The position numbers and the translations under genes were made by a program. A stretch of 64,000 nucleotides of DNA, taken from positions 19,034,001 to 19,098,000 of the forward strand of contig OX597821.1 of the NCBI GenBank assembly GCA_951406725.2, given 5' to 3'. This stretch comes from Octopus vulgaris. Lineage: Eukaryota. Every line of letters begins with the position of its first letter. Positions within the stretch are counted from its first letter, which is position 1. Positions 36,580 through 53,000 of this stretch are shown piece after piece. The notes beneath the pieces were generated by a model. The model did no database searches. It worked only from the letters and a program-made list of their open reading frames with translations, and was not told where the DNA came from.

Positions 36580-39107
36580 TCAGGTCATCCCATAAGTTCT
36601 GTCTGAATTTTGGATAAAGAATACAAGTGATCAAATGTTATATTTAATTGAAAGTTAATCATCAATGTACTTTCCCTAATTATCTATGACTTACCTCCAT
36701 CTATTTACAAGCTTTTTAATCCCATCAACGTAAAACTCTTTTGGTTTGAAAGCGAAGAACTCTGAAATGTCAGGTTCGACCTCCTCCTGGCTTGCGAAAG
36801 TTGTATCCCCCTACTAATTCTGTAAACTATGAAACAAATGGTATCCTGAAGGAGTAAGGTCGGGAGAATAAGTTGGATGAAGAAATTTTTCCAAACCGAC
36901 CCCTTCGATCTTCTGTGATGTGATCTTTGCAGTGTGGGGTTGCGCATTGTCCTGATGAAACATCACTCGTTTTCGACTCACTAAAGCGGCTCTTTTTCCT
37001 TCAAAGCTTGGTTCAAACGCTCTAATTGCTGACAGTAGACTTGAGCATTGATTGTTGCATTAGGTGGTAACAATATAAAGTGAATTACGCCTTTGCAATC
37101 GCACCAGATAGAGAGTAGAACCTTTTTCCCATGAAGTTCCCTTCTCGGTTGTGGTTGAGAATTTTCCCTTTTACCAAGCCACTGTTTACGACGTCTAACA
37201 TTTCGATAGAAAATCCATTTTTCATCACAAGTCTATCGAAAAAAGGAGAGAAGAATGGAGAGAAGAGCAGATGCCAACTCGGGATTTGCGGTTGCTTTCG
37301 GACAATACATAAGGCACCTATTTTCCAAGTTTAGGAACCTTTCCACGTTGTTGATGACGATGAACTGTTGTATGGTTTGAAGTAAGCTTTATTGTCAATT
37401 CTTCAACTGATAATGACGGATTTTCTTCAAGTAATGCCTCAAGGAGCTTGTCAAACTCAACTGGACATCCTGTTCGATATTCATCTTCAATTTTGCAGAC
37501 GATCTCCTGCAAGTTCTTTCATTCGAGCACTTTGCTATAAACTGAGTGTATGTTTCGAGTCACTTCGGCATCAGAGTTACCTTTATTGTACTCATAAAGA
37601 ATTATATGTGCCTTAAATGCTCCTTGGATACTTCCATGTTGAAAGGGTTTTAATCAGAGCAATTTTAGGGTGTCCACGAAGTCTGGGTTTATGGAATAAA
37701 ATCATAACATAAGAAATAATAATTTTCCTTTTTTACTTTTGTTTAAATTAAATAAAAAAAATACTTTACTTTTCTAAATTTATTTGTTGTTTTTTCTACA
37801 GATGATCGAATGATGGCTAAAGAAGAAAGAATCCCAGATCGAATGATGAATCTGTCTAAAGAAGAAAGAATCGAGTTAGTATTATTAAGTGGACGAGAGG
37901 GATGGTCTTATCGCAAAATTGCGGAAGAATTTAATCTTCCACACCCTTGTAGGCAACCTATTTATTTTACTGCCGCCAGGAAATTGATCAAGAAATTTAA
38001 AGAAACAGGCAGTGTTTCGGATAAACCCCGTTCCGGGCGACCAAAGACTTCAGATGAAACTAAAGAGGCTATCGAGGCTAAAGTTTCTGCTAGCTAGCCC
38101 CCCAAAATCACTTCGTCGGACATCTACGGTGTTAGGTGTTCCAAAACCAACCATCCACAAAATGCTGGTTGAGGAAAAGTTTCATCGATACAACTTACAG
38201 ATATTGCATCACTTAAATTAAGACGATCCTGATAGACGAATAAATTGGATGAAAATATCAATTTTACGAAAAACTTTATGTTGTTCAGTGACAAAGCTAC
38301 GTTTTATGTAAATGGTAAGGTCAACAGACAGAATCTTCTATACTGGTCTCGAGGTAATCCACATTGGATGGATCTATCCAAACAGCAAGACAGCAAAAAG
38401 GTGATGGTGTGGTGTGGTTTTTGGAAAGCTCATGTTCTAGGACCCTTCTTCATTGAACATGTAACGGATGAGACTTATGCAAATATATTGAGAGACAAAT
38501 TAATATCTTAAATTGAGCGCCTAGGCGAGGACCTTCCAAATTGGTTTCAGCAGGATGAGGCCCCTACCCATTTTGCCACAACTGTTAGAGATTGATTTAA
38601 TGACACTTTTACTCCTCACTAGATTGGAAGAAGGGGTCATATGGAATGGTCCCCTCGTTCACCAGACCTTTCTCCCCTTGATTTCTTTTTCTGGGGTATG
38701 TTGAAAGAGAAAGTTTACTCAATAAAGATTACAGATTTAAAACACACGAGAGAACGCATTACCAGTCAGTGTGCTTAAATTGATGGCAATATAGACTTAT
38801 TTAATCAAGTTCACCTGAATTTTGCAAGGCGCATCAAGTTATGCATTGAAAATGATGGAAATCACTTTGAAAATATTATTTATTATAATTAAATAAAATT
38901 GTTTTGTTTTAAAAGTATGTGTTAATTCCCATGTACGCAGACTTTGTGGACACCGTCTATTATTTTGTAAAACAATATTGAATTAGTTTAAACGTACACA
39001 AATGCATAAAAATAATTTTTAGTTGAATTAGACATTTGCAAATACTATTAATTTCATTCAACTCTATTTTAGAGGTAAAATTGGACAGAACTGACTGGAT
39101 GACTTGA
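36580..39107 (-). mobile_element. Decayed mariner element interrupted by a DD41D element
   Basis: TIRs TCAGGTCATCCCATAAGTTCTGTC / GACAGAACTGACTGGATGACTTGA; minus remnants EDEYRTGCPVEFD..LLEENPSLSVEEL, FHQDNAQPH, YSPDLTPSGYHLF. Confidence 0.85.
37666..38958 (+). mobile_element. Tc1/mariner DD41D (rosa-type) transposon pseudogene
   Basis: TIRs GGTGTCCACGAAGTCTGGGTTTATGG / CCATGTACGCAGACTTTGTGGACACC; KFKETGSV.D.PRSGRP, FSDKATF, VMVWCG, GPFF, FQQD-(41 aa)-DFFFWG, with several stops. Confidence 0.92.
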
Positions 39108-39806
39108 TATATATAATCTATGATATTCTAGTAAGTTTCAAGTTTATAACACCTTGATATCTCATTTTATATGCCTAAGACGTTTATCTTCTATTCTGGT
39201 TTTTATATACATTATATTTGTATCTATAATTTATTTTAAGCCGAAACATAATACGATCCTTGTACGAACGAAAGAACAAGAATGTCCTCTGGAACGTTTA
39301 TCTTCCACCGGTGTTTGTAATCGATGGTGACATGTGCGATGATTTTGCGACTATCTTATATTTTACAGAGAAATTGGAAGCCCCGAATGTAAGTCAGCGC
39401 TTTATGCATAATTCAATATTCATAGTTCTCTATTTCTAACAGAAATTCTGTCCTCAATAACTATAGATCTATTTCTAAATGTATTTCTTTTTCTTTTCCT
39501 TCATGCACTCCCGTCTGCCTCTTGACAAAGCTTTCTTTCTCCAGCGTTCACCACGTCATCTTGTTAGGGTTAACCAGCCCTTAGCGAAAATTTTGACTGT
39601 CCTGATTTTGTTAGCAGCTTTGACGTTCCACGTATCTCAAATTTTATCTAATTTGGTTTGGGGGAGCAATTGCTTTGACGAAGACACATCTTGTTGCAAT
39701 GCGGAGCAAGTAAAATTGCCAACATCTGAGGAAAAGTTGTTTGTTTTTTTATATTCTGCCTTCACGCTATAGTTCTCTATGTAACTAAGATTCTTCTGCC
39801 AAGCCA

Positions 39807-40019
39807 AGCGAGCTCTGGTCACCATAGCGCTCACTGTTGTCTCGTAGCCGTGGACAGTGAGCCCAATGGCGCCCAGAGCGAGCTCTGGTCGCCATAGCGC
39901 TCACTGTTGTCTCGTAGCCGTGGACAGTGAGCCCAATGGCGCCCAGAGCGAGCTCTGGTCGCCATAGCGCTCACTGTTGTCTCGTAGCCGTGGACAGGGA
40001 GCCCAATGGCGCCCAGAGC
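39807..40019. repeat. GC-rich 70-bp tandem repeat x3, each unit a hairpin
   Basis: AGCTCTGGTC at 39811, 39881, 39951. Confidence 0.95.
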
Positions 40020-40029
40020 CCTGCTCCTG

Positions 40030-40195
40030 ACACTCCGTGGACCCTAAGCAAGGCGTGTGTAAAATTTGAATGAAATTGGTTGTGTAGTTCTCAAGTTATA
40101 GGGATTCACACAGACAGACAGATACACATTCTTAGTTTCATATATATCGATATACTAGCATTATGACCCGGTCGTTGCCGGGTCATAGTGCTAGT
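40030..40195. mobile_element. Helitron-like 5' end (minus) next to a 42-bp CTAG-bounded palindrome
   Basis: Minus TCGATATATATGAAAC..TGTCTGTCTGTG; 40154-40195 ACTAGCATTATGACCCGG-tcgttg-CCGGGTCATAGTGCTAGT. Confidence 0.55.
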
Positions 40196-40297
40196 CCATG
40201 TATATATGAGTATATATATCTGTTCATATTACATGTACACATATATATACATATATATATATATGTATATATATGTGTATATGTGTATATGTAAATG

Positions 40298-40354
<57 letters not shown>

Positions 40355-41092
40355 TTACACATAAAATACAAAATACAATGTTATATCTTGATATCGCCAG
40401 TGATAACAATACTCAAAATATATAACAGACTGGAATTGTAGGCCCGTCTCTTGCAATTTCGACCAATTGTATTTTGTCCTCCCTCTGGTGTAGAAGTGTG
40501 GCTACAATCCAGCCTACCTCTACTTTACGGGGATATATTTCATAGTCGCACCAAGACACTTTTCGATGGTGCTTTCCTCCAGGTGTTCAAATCTTCTTTT
40601 TTTCTCTACATTGTATGCTTTATAGACAATTGTATAAATGCAAATTGCATATAGGTATGTAAATATATGCAAATTGTATATAGGTATGTAAATATATGCA
40701 AATTGTATATAGGTATGTAAATATGTGCAAATTGTATATAGGTATGTAAATATGTGCAAATTGTATATAGGTATGTAAATATGTGCAAATTGTATATAGG
40801 TATGTAAATATGTGCAAATTGTATATAGGTATGTAAATACGTGCAAATTGTATATAGGTATGTAAATATGTGCAAATTGTATATAGGTATGTAAATATGT
40901 GCAAATTGTATATAGGTATGTAAATATGTGCAAATTGTATATAGGTATGTAAATACGTGCAAATTGTGTATAGGTATGTAAATACATGCAAATTGCATAT
41001 AGGTATGTAAATACATGCAAATTGCATATATGTATGTAAATATATACAAACTGCATATATGTATGTAAATATATACAAACTGCATATATGTA

Positions 41093-41335
41093 GAGGCGCA
41101 ATGGCCTAGTGGTTAGGGCAGCGGACTCGCGGTCGCAGGATCGCGGTTTCGATTCTCAGACCGGGCGTTGAGTGTGTTTATTGAGCGAAAACACCTAAAA
41201 AGCTCTACGACGCTCCGGCAAGGGGTGGTGATCCCTGCTGTACTCTTTCACCACAATGGCGGTGCCCCAGCATGGCCACAGCTCAAGAGCTGAAACTGGA
41301 AAAACAAAAACAAACAAACAAAAAACAAACAAAAC
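41093..41335 (+). mobile_element. tRNA(Arg)-like SINE inserted in the satellite, head joined directly to a family-B-type tail
   Basis: GGCGCAATGGCCTAGTGGTTAGGGCAGCGGACTCGCGGTCGCAGGATCGCGGTTTCGATTC; tail GGCGGTGCCCCAGCATGGCCACAG; (CAAA)n; ATGTA on both sides. Confidence 0.88.
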
Positions 41336-44300
41336 ATGTATGTAAATATATACAAACTGCATATATGTATGTAAATATATACAAACTGCATATATGTATG
41401 TAAATATATACAAACTGCATATATGTATGTAAATATATACAAACCGCATATATGCATGTAAATATATACAAATTATATATATGCATACAAATATATACAA
41501 ATTATATATATACATGCAAATTATATATACGTATATAAACGTATACAAATTATATATATGTATATGAACGTACACAAATTATATACATGTATATATGTAT
41601 GTAAATATATACAAACTGCATATATGTATGTAAATATATACAAATTGCATATATGTATGTAAATATATACAAACTGCATATATGTATGTAAATATATACA
41701 AACCGCATATATGCATGTAAATATATACAAACCGTATATATGCATGTAAATATATACAAATTATATATATGTATACAAATATATACAAATTATATATATA
41801 CATGCAAATTATATATATGTATATAAACGTATACAAATTATATATATGTATATGAACGTACACAAATTATATACATGTATATAAACGTACACAAATTATA
41901 TATATGTATATAAACGTATACAAATTATATATTTGTATATAAATATATACAAAATATATATAATTATATATATAATTTGTATATATTTATATACAAATTA
42001 TATATATGTATATAAATATATACAAATTATATATATGTATATAAATATATACAAATTATATATTTGTATATAAATATATACAAATTATATATATGTATAT
42101 GAATATATACAAATTATATATTTGTATATGAATATATACAAATTATATATATGTATATGAATATATACAAATTATATATATGTATATGAATATATACAAA
42201 TTATATATATGTATATGAATATATACAAATTATATATATGTATATGAATATATACAAACTATATGTATGTATATGAATATATACAAATTATATATATGTA
42301 TATGAATATATACAAGTTATATATATGTATGTGAATATATACAAGTTATATATATGTATGTGAATATATACAAGTTATGTATATGAATATATACAAGTTA
42401 TATATATGTATATGAATATATACAAGTTATATATATGTATATGAATATATACAAGTTATATATATGTATATGAATATATACAAATCATATATATGTATAT
42501 GAATATATACAAATTATATATATGTATATGAATATATACAAATTATATATATGTATATGAATATATACAAATTATATATATGTATATGAATATATACAAA
42601 TTATATATATGTATATGAGTATATACAAATTATATATATGTATATGAATATATACAAATTATATATATGTATATGAATATATATACAAATTACATATATG
42701 TATATGAAAATATGCAATTTATATATATGTATATGAAGATATACAAATTATATATATGCATACAAATTATATATATGTATATAAATGTATACAAATTATA
42801 TATATGTATATAAACGGATACAAATTGTATATTTGTATATAAATATATACAAAATATATATAATTATAAATATAATTAGTATATATTTATATACATATAT
42901 ATAAATTTATACAAATTATATATATGTATATAAATATATACAAATTATATATATGTATATAAATATATACAAATTATATATTTGTATATAAATATATACA
43001 AATGATATATATGTATATGAATATATACAAATTATATATATGTGTATGAATATATACAGATTATATATATGTATATAAATATATACAAATTATATATATG
43101 TATATAAATATATACAAATTATATATTTGTATATGAATATATACAAACTATATGTATGTATATGAATATATACAAATTATATATATGTATATGAATATAT
43201 ACAAATTATATATATGTATATGAATATATACAAGTTATATATATGTATATGAATATATACAAATCTTATATATGTATATGAATATATACAAATTATATAT
43301 ATGTATGTGAATATATACAAGTTATATATATGTATGTGAATATATACAAGTTATATATATGTATGTGAATATATACAAGTTATATATATGTATGTGAATA
43401 TATACAAGTTATATATATGTATGTGAATATATACAATTTATATATATGTATGTGAATATATACAAGTTATATATATGTATATGAATATATACAAATTATA
43501 TATATGTATATGAATATATACAAATTATATATATGTATATGAATATATACAAATTATATATATGTATATGAATATATACAAATTATATATATGTATATGA
43601 ATATATACAAATTATATATATGAATATATACAAATTATATATATGAATATATACAAATTATATATATGAATATATACAAATTATATATATGAATATATAC
43701 AAATTATATATATGAATATATACAAATTATATATATGAATATATACAAATTATATATATGAATATATACAAATTATGTATATGAATATATACAAATTATG
43801 TATATGAATATATACAAATTATATATATGAATATATACAAATTATATATATGAATATATACAAATTATATATATGAATATATACAAATTATATATATGAA
43901 TATATACAAATTATATATATGAATATATACAAATTATATATATGAATATATACAAATTATATATATGAATATATACAAATTATATATATGAATATATACA
44001 AATTATATATATGAATATATACAAATTATATATATGAATATATACAAATTATATATATGTATATGAATATATACAAATTATATATATTAATATATACAAA
44101 TTATATATATTAATATATACAAATTATATATATTAATATATACAAATTATATATATGAATATATACAAATTATATATATGTATATGAATATATACAAATT
44201 ATATATATGAATATATACAAATTATATATATGAATATATACAAATTATATATATGAATATATACAAATTATATATATGAATATATACAAATTATATATAT

Positions 44301-47300
44301 GAATATATACAAATTATATATATGAATATATACAAATTATATATATGTATATGAATATTTACAAATTATATATATGTATATGAATATATACAAATTATAT
44401 ATATGAATATATACAAATTATATATATGAATATATACAAATTATATATATTAATATATACAAATTATATATATGTATATGAATATATACAAATTATATAT
44501 ATGTATATGAATATATACAAATTATATATATGTATATGAATATATACAAATTATATATATGAATATATACAAATTATATATATGAATATATACAAATTAT
44601 ATATATGAATATATACAAATTATATATATGTATATATACAAATTATATATATGAATATATACAAATTATATATATGAATATATACAAATTATATATATGA
44701 ATATATACAAATTATATATATGTATATGAATATATACAAATTATATATATGAATATATACAAATTATATATATGAATATATACAAATTATATATATGTAT
44801 ATATACAAATTATATATATGAATATATACAAATTATATTTATGTATATGAAGATATACAAATTATATATATGTATATGAATATATACAAATTATATATAT
44901 GAATATATACAAATTATATATATGAATATATACAAATTATATATATGAATATATACAAATTATATATATGAATATATACAAATTATATATATGAATATAT
45001 ACAAATTATATATATGTATATGAATATATACAAATTATATATATGTATATGAATATATACAAATTATATATATGAATAGATACAAATTATATATATGAAT
45101 ATATACAAATTATATATATGTATATGAATATATACAAATTATATATATGAATATATACAAATTATATATATGTATATGAATATATACAAATTATATATAT
45201 GAATATATACAAATTATATATATGTATATATACAAATTATATATATGAATATATACAAATTATATATATGTATATGAAGATATACAAATTATATATATGT
45301 ATATGAATATATACAAATTGCATATATGTATATGAAGATATCCAATTTAAACATATGTATATGAATATATACAACTTACATATATGTATATGAAGATATT
45401 CAATTTAAATATATGTATATGAAGATATACAAATTACATATACGTATATGAAGCTATACAAATTACATATATGTATATGAAGGTATACAAATTACATATA
45501 TGTATATGAAGATATACAAATGACATATATGTATATGAATATATACAAATTACATATATGTATATGTATATATACAAGTTACATATATGCATATGAATAT
45601 ATACAAATTATATATATGAATATATACAAATTATATATATGTATATGAATATATACAAATTATATATATTAATATATACAAATTATATATATTAATATAT
45701 ACAAATTATATATATTAATATATACAAATTATATATATGAATATATACAAATTATATATATGTATATGAATATATACAAATTATATATATGAATATATAC
45801 AAATTATATATATGAATATATACAAATTATATATATGAATATATACAAATTATATATATGAATATATACAAATTATATATATGAATATATACAAATTATA
45901 TATATGTATATGAATATTTACAAATTATATATATGTATATGAATATTTACAAATTATATATATGTATATGAATATATACAAATTATATATATGAATATAT
46001 ACAAATTATATATATGAATATATACAAATTATATATATTAATATATACAAATTATATATATGTATATGAATATATACAAATTATATATATGTATATGAAT
46101 ATATACAAATTATATATATGTATATGAATATATACAAATTATATATATGAATATATACAAATTATATATATGAATATATACAAATTATATATATGAATAT
46201 ATACAAATTATATATATGAATATATACAAATTATATATATGTATATATACAAATTATATATATGAATATATACAAATTATATATATGAATATATACAAAT
46301 TATATATATGAATATATACAAATTATATATATGTATATGAATATATACAAATTATATATATGAATATATACAAATTATATATATGAATATATACAAATTA
46401 TATATATGAATATATACAAATTATATATATGTATATATACAAATTATATATATGAATATATACAAATTATATTTATGTATATGAAGATATACAAATTATA
46501 TATATGTATATGAATATATACAAATTATATATATGAATATATACAAATTATATATATGAATATATACAAATTATATATATGAATATATACAAATTATATA
46601 TATGAATATATACAAATTATATATATGAATATATACAAATTATATATATGTATATGAATATATACAAATTATATATATGTATATGAATATATACAAATTA
46701 TATATATGAATAGATACAAATTATATATATGAATATATACAAATTATATATATGTATATGAATATATACAAATTATATATATGAATATATACAAATTATA
46801 TATATGTATATGAATATATACAAATTATATATATGAATATATACAAATTATATATATGTATATATACAAATTATATATATGAATATATACAAATTATATA
46901 TATGTATATGAAGATATACAAATTATATATATGTATATGAATATATACAAATTGCATATATGTATATGAAGATATCCAATTTAAACATATGTATATGAAT
47001 ATATACAACTTACATATATGTATATGAAGATATTCAATTTAAATATATGTATATGAAGATATACAAATTACATATACGTATATGAAGCTATACAAATTAC
47101 ATATATGTATATGAAGGTATACAAATTACATATATGTATATGAAGATATACAAATGACATATATGTATATGAATATATACAAATTACATATATGTATATG
47201 TATATATACAAGTTACATATATGCATATGAATATATACAAATTATATATATGGATATGAAGATATACAAATGACATATGCGTATATGTATATATACAAAT

Positions 47301-50300
47301 TACATAAATGTATATGAATATATACAAATTATATATATGTATATGAAGATATACAAATTACATATATGTATATGAAGATATATAAATTATATATATGTAT
47401 ATGAAGATATACAAATTATATATATGTATATGAATATATATAAATTATATATATGAATATGTACAAATTGTATATATATATATATATGTGAATATATACA
47501 AATTATATATATGTATAAAAAGATATAAAAATTATATATATGTATATGAAGATATACAAATTATATATATGTATATGAAGATATACAAATTATATATACG
47601 TATATGAATATATACAAATTATATATACGTATATGAATATATACAAATTATATATATGTATATGAAGATATACAACTGATATATATGTATATGAAGATAT
47701 ACAAATTATATATATGTATATGAAGATATACAAATTATATATATGTATATGAATATATATAAATTATATATATGAATATGTACAAATTGTATATATATAT
47801 ATATATGAATATATACAAATTATATTTATGTATAAAAAGATATAAAAATTATATATATGTATATGAAGATATACAAATTATATATATGTATATGAAGATA
47901 TACAAATTATATATATGTATATGAAGATATACAAATTATATATACGTATATGAATATATACAAATTATATATACGTATATGAATATATACAAATTATATA
48001 TATGTATATGAAGATATACAACTTATATATATGTATATGAAGATATACAAATTATATATATGTATATGAAGATATACAAATTATATATATGTAAATGAAG
48101 ATATACAAATTATATATATGTATATGAATATATACAAATTAAATATATGTATATGAATATATACAAATTAAATATATGTATATGAATATATACAAATTAT
48201 ATATATATATATATGAATATATACAAATGATATATACGTATATGAATATATACAAATTATATACATGCATATGAATATCTACAAATTATATACATGGATA
48301 TGCATATCTACAAATTATATATATGCATATGAATATATACAAATTATATATATGTATATGAAGATATACATATTATATATATGTATATGAATATATACAA
48401 TTACATATATGTATATGAAGATATCCAATTTAGACATATGTATATGAAGATATACAAATTACATATATGTATATGAATCTATACAAATTACATATACGTA
48501 TATAAAGATATACAAATTATATATATGTATACGAAGGTATACAAATTACATATATGTATATGAAGATATACAAATTACATATATGTATATGAATATATAC
48601 AAATTACATATATGTTTCTGAAGATATACAAAAAACATATATGTATATGAATATATACAAATTACATATATGTATATGTATATATACAAATTACATATAT
48701 GTATATGAATATATACAAATTACATATATGTATATGAATATATACAAATTACATAAATGTATATGAATATCTACAAATTACATATATGCATATGAAGATA
48801 TACAAATTATATATATGTATATGAAGATATACAAATTATATATATGTAAATGAAGATATACAAATTATATATATGTATATGAAGATATACAAATTAAATA
48901 TATGTATATGAATATATACAAATTATATATATGTATATGAATATATACAAATTATATATATGTATATGAATATATACAAATTATATATATGTATATATAC
49001 AAATTATATATATGAATATATACAAATTATATATATGATATATATACAAATTATATATATGAATATATACAAATTATATATATGTATATATACAAATTAT
49101 ATATATGAATATATACAAATTATATTTATGTATATGAAGATATACAAATTATATATATGTATATGAATATATACAAATTACATATATGTATATGAATATA
49201 TACAAATTACATAAATGTATATGAATATCTACAAATTACATATATGCATATGAAGATATACAAATTATATATATGTATATGAAGATATACAAATTATATA
49301 TATGTAAATGAAGATATACAAATTATATATATGTATATGAATATATACAAATTATATATATGTATATGAATATATACAAATTATATATATGTATATGAAT
49401 ATATACAAATTATATATATGTATATGAATATATACAAATTATATATATGAATATATACAAATTATATATATGAATATATACAAATTATATATATTAATAT
49501 ATACAAATTATATATATGTATATGAATATATACAAATTATATATATGTATATGAATATATACAAATTATATATATGAATAGATACACATTATATATATGA
49601 ATATATACAAATTATATATATGTATATGAATATATACAAATTATATATATGTATATATACAAATTATATATATGAATATATACAAATTATATATATGTAT
49701 ATATACAAATTATATATATGAATATATACAAATTATATATATGAATATATACAAATTATATATATGTATATGAATATATACAAATTATATATATGAATAT
49801 ATACAAATTATATATATGTATATATACAAATTATATATATGAATATATACAAATTATATATATGTATATGAAGATATACAAATTATATATATGTATATGA
49901 ATATATACAAATTGCATATATGTATATGAAGATATCCAATTTAAACATATGTATATGAATATATACAACTTACATATATGTATATGAAGATATTCAATTT
50001 AAATATATGTATATGAAGATATACAAATTACATATACGTATATGAAGCTATACAAATTACATATATGTATATGAAGATATACAAATTATATATATGTATA
50101 TGAAGGTATACAAATTACATATATGTATATGAAGATATACAAATGACATATATGTATATGAATATATACAAATTACATATATGTATATGTATATATACAA
50201 GTTACATATATGCATATGAATATATACAAATTATATATATGGATATGAAGATATACAAATGACATATGCGTATATGTATATATACAAATTACATAAATGT

Positions 50301-53000
50301 ATATGAATATATACAAATTATATATATGTATATGAAGATATACAAATTACATATATGTATATGAAGATATACAAATTATATATATGTATATGAAGATATA
50401 CAAATTATATATATGTATATGAATATATATAAATTATATATATGAATATGTACAAATTGTATATATATATATATATGAATATATACAAATTATATATATG
50501 TATAAAAAGATATAAAAATTATATATATGTATATGAAGATATACAAATTATATATATGTATATGAAGATATACAAATTATATATACGTATATGAATATAT
50601 ACAAATTATATATACGTATATGAATATATACAAATTATATATATGTATATGAAGATATACAACTTATATATATGTATATGAAGATATACAAATTATATAT
50701 ATGTATATGAAGATATACAAATTATATATATGTATATGAATATATATAAATTATATGTATGTATATGAATATGTACAAATTGTCTATATATATATATATA
50801 TGAATATATACAAATTATATATATGTATAAAAAGATATAAAAATTATATATATGTATATGAAGATATACAAATTATATATATGTATATGAAGATATACAA
50901 ATTATATATACGTATATGAATATATACAAATTATATATACGTATATGAATATATACAAATTATATATATGTATATGAAGATATACAACTTATATATATGT
51001 ATATGAAGATATACAAATTATATATATGTATATGAAGATATACAAATTATATATATGTAAATGAAGATATACAAATTATATATATGTATATGAATATATA
51101 CAAATTAAATATATGTATATGAATATATACAAATTAAATATATGTATATGAATATATACAAATTATATATATATATATGAATATATACAAATGATATATA
51201 CGTATATGAATATATACAAATTATATACATGCATATGAATATCTACAAATTATATACATGGATATGCATATCTACAAATTATATATATGCATATGAATAT
51301 ATACAAATTATATATATGTATATGAAGATATACATATTACATATATGTATATGAATATATACAATTACATATATGTATATGAAGATATCCAATTTAGACA
51401 TATGTATATGAAGATATACAAATTACATATATGTATATGAATCTATACAAATTACATATACGTATATAAAGATATACAAATTATATATATGTATACGAAG
51501 GTATACAAATTACATATATGTATATGAAGATATACAAATTACATATATGTATATGAATATATACAAATTACATACATGTTTCTGAAGATATACAAAAAAA
51601 CATATATGTATATGAATATATACAAATTACATATATGTATATGTATATATACAAATTACATATATGTATATGAATATATACAAATTACATATATGTATAT
51701 GAATATATACAAATTACATAAATGTATATGAATATCTACAAATTACATATATGCATATGAAGATATACAAATTATATATATGTATATGAAGATATACAAA
51801 TTATATATATGTAAATGAAGATATACAAATTATATATATGTATATGAAGATATTCAAATTAAATATATGTATATGAATATATACAAATTATATATATGTA
51901 TATGAATATATACAAATTATATACATGCATATGAATATCTACAAATTATATACATGCATATGGATACATACAAATTATATATATGCATATGAATATATAC
52001 AAATTATATATATGCATATGAATATATACAAATTATATATATGCACATAAATATATACAAATTATATATATGCATACAAATATATACAAATTATATATAT
52101 GCATATAAATATATACAAAGTATATATATGCATATGAATATATACAAATTATATATATGCATATAAATATATACAAATTATATATATGCATATAAATATA
52201 TACAAATTATATATATGCATATAAATATATACAAATTATATATCTGTATACAAATATATACAAATTATATATCTGTATACAAATATATACAAATTATATA
52301 TATGTATACAAATTATATATATGTATATAAACGTATACAAATTACATATTTGTATATAAATGTATACAAATTATATATAATTATATATATGGTTTGTATA
52401 TATTTATATACATATATATAAATATATACAAATTATATATATGTATATAAATATATACAAATTATATATATGTATATAAATATATACAAATTATATATAT
52501 GTATATAAATATATACAAATTATATATTTGTATATGAATATATACAAATTATATATTTGTATATGAATATATACAAATTATATATATGTATATGAATATA
52601 TACAAATTATATATGTTTATATGAATATATATAAATTATATATATGTATATGAATATATACAAATTATATATATGTATATGAATATATACAAATTATATA
52701 TATGTATATAAATATATACAAATATATATATATGTATATAAATATATATTCAAATTATATATATGTATATAAATATATATTCAAATTATATATATGTATA
52801 TAAATATATATTCAAATTATATATATGTACACAAATATATACAAATTATATATATGTATACAAATATATACAAATTATATATATGTATACAAATTATATA
52901 TATGTATATAAACGTATACAAATTATATATATGTATATAAATGTATACAAATTATATATATGTATATAAATGTATACAAATTATATATATGTATATAAAT

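Noticed and set aside
41093-41170. tRNA-Arg gene
   Set aside because: Cloverleaf incomplete and continues into SINE body and tail
40520-41863. Long repetitive ORFs with 29-aa periodicity
   Set aside because: Artefact of the 29-bp satellite read through three frames
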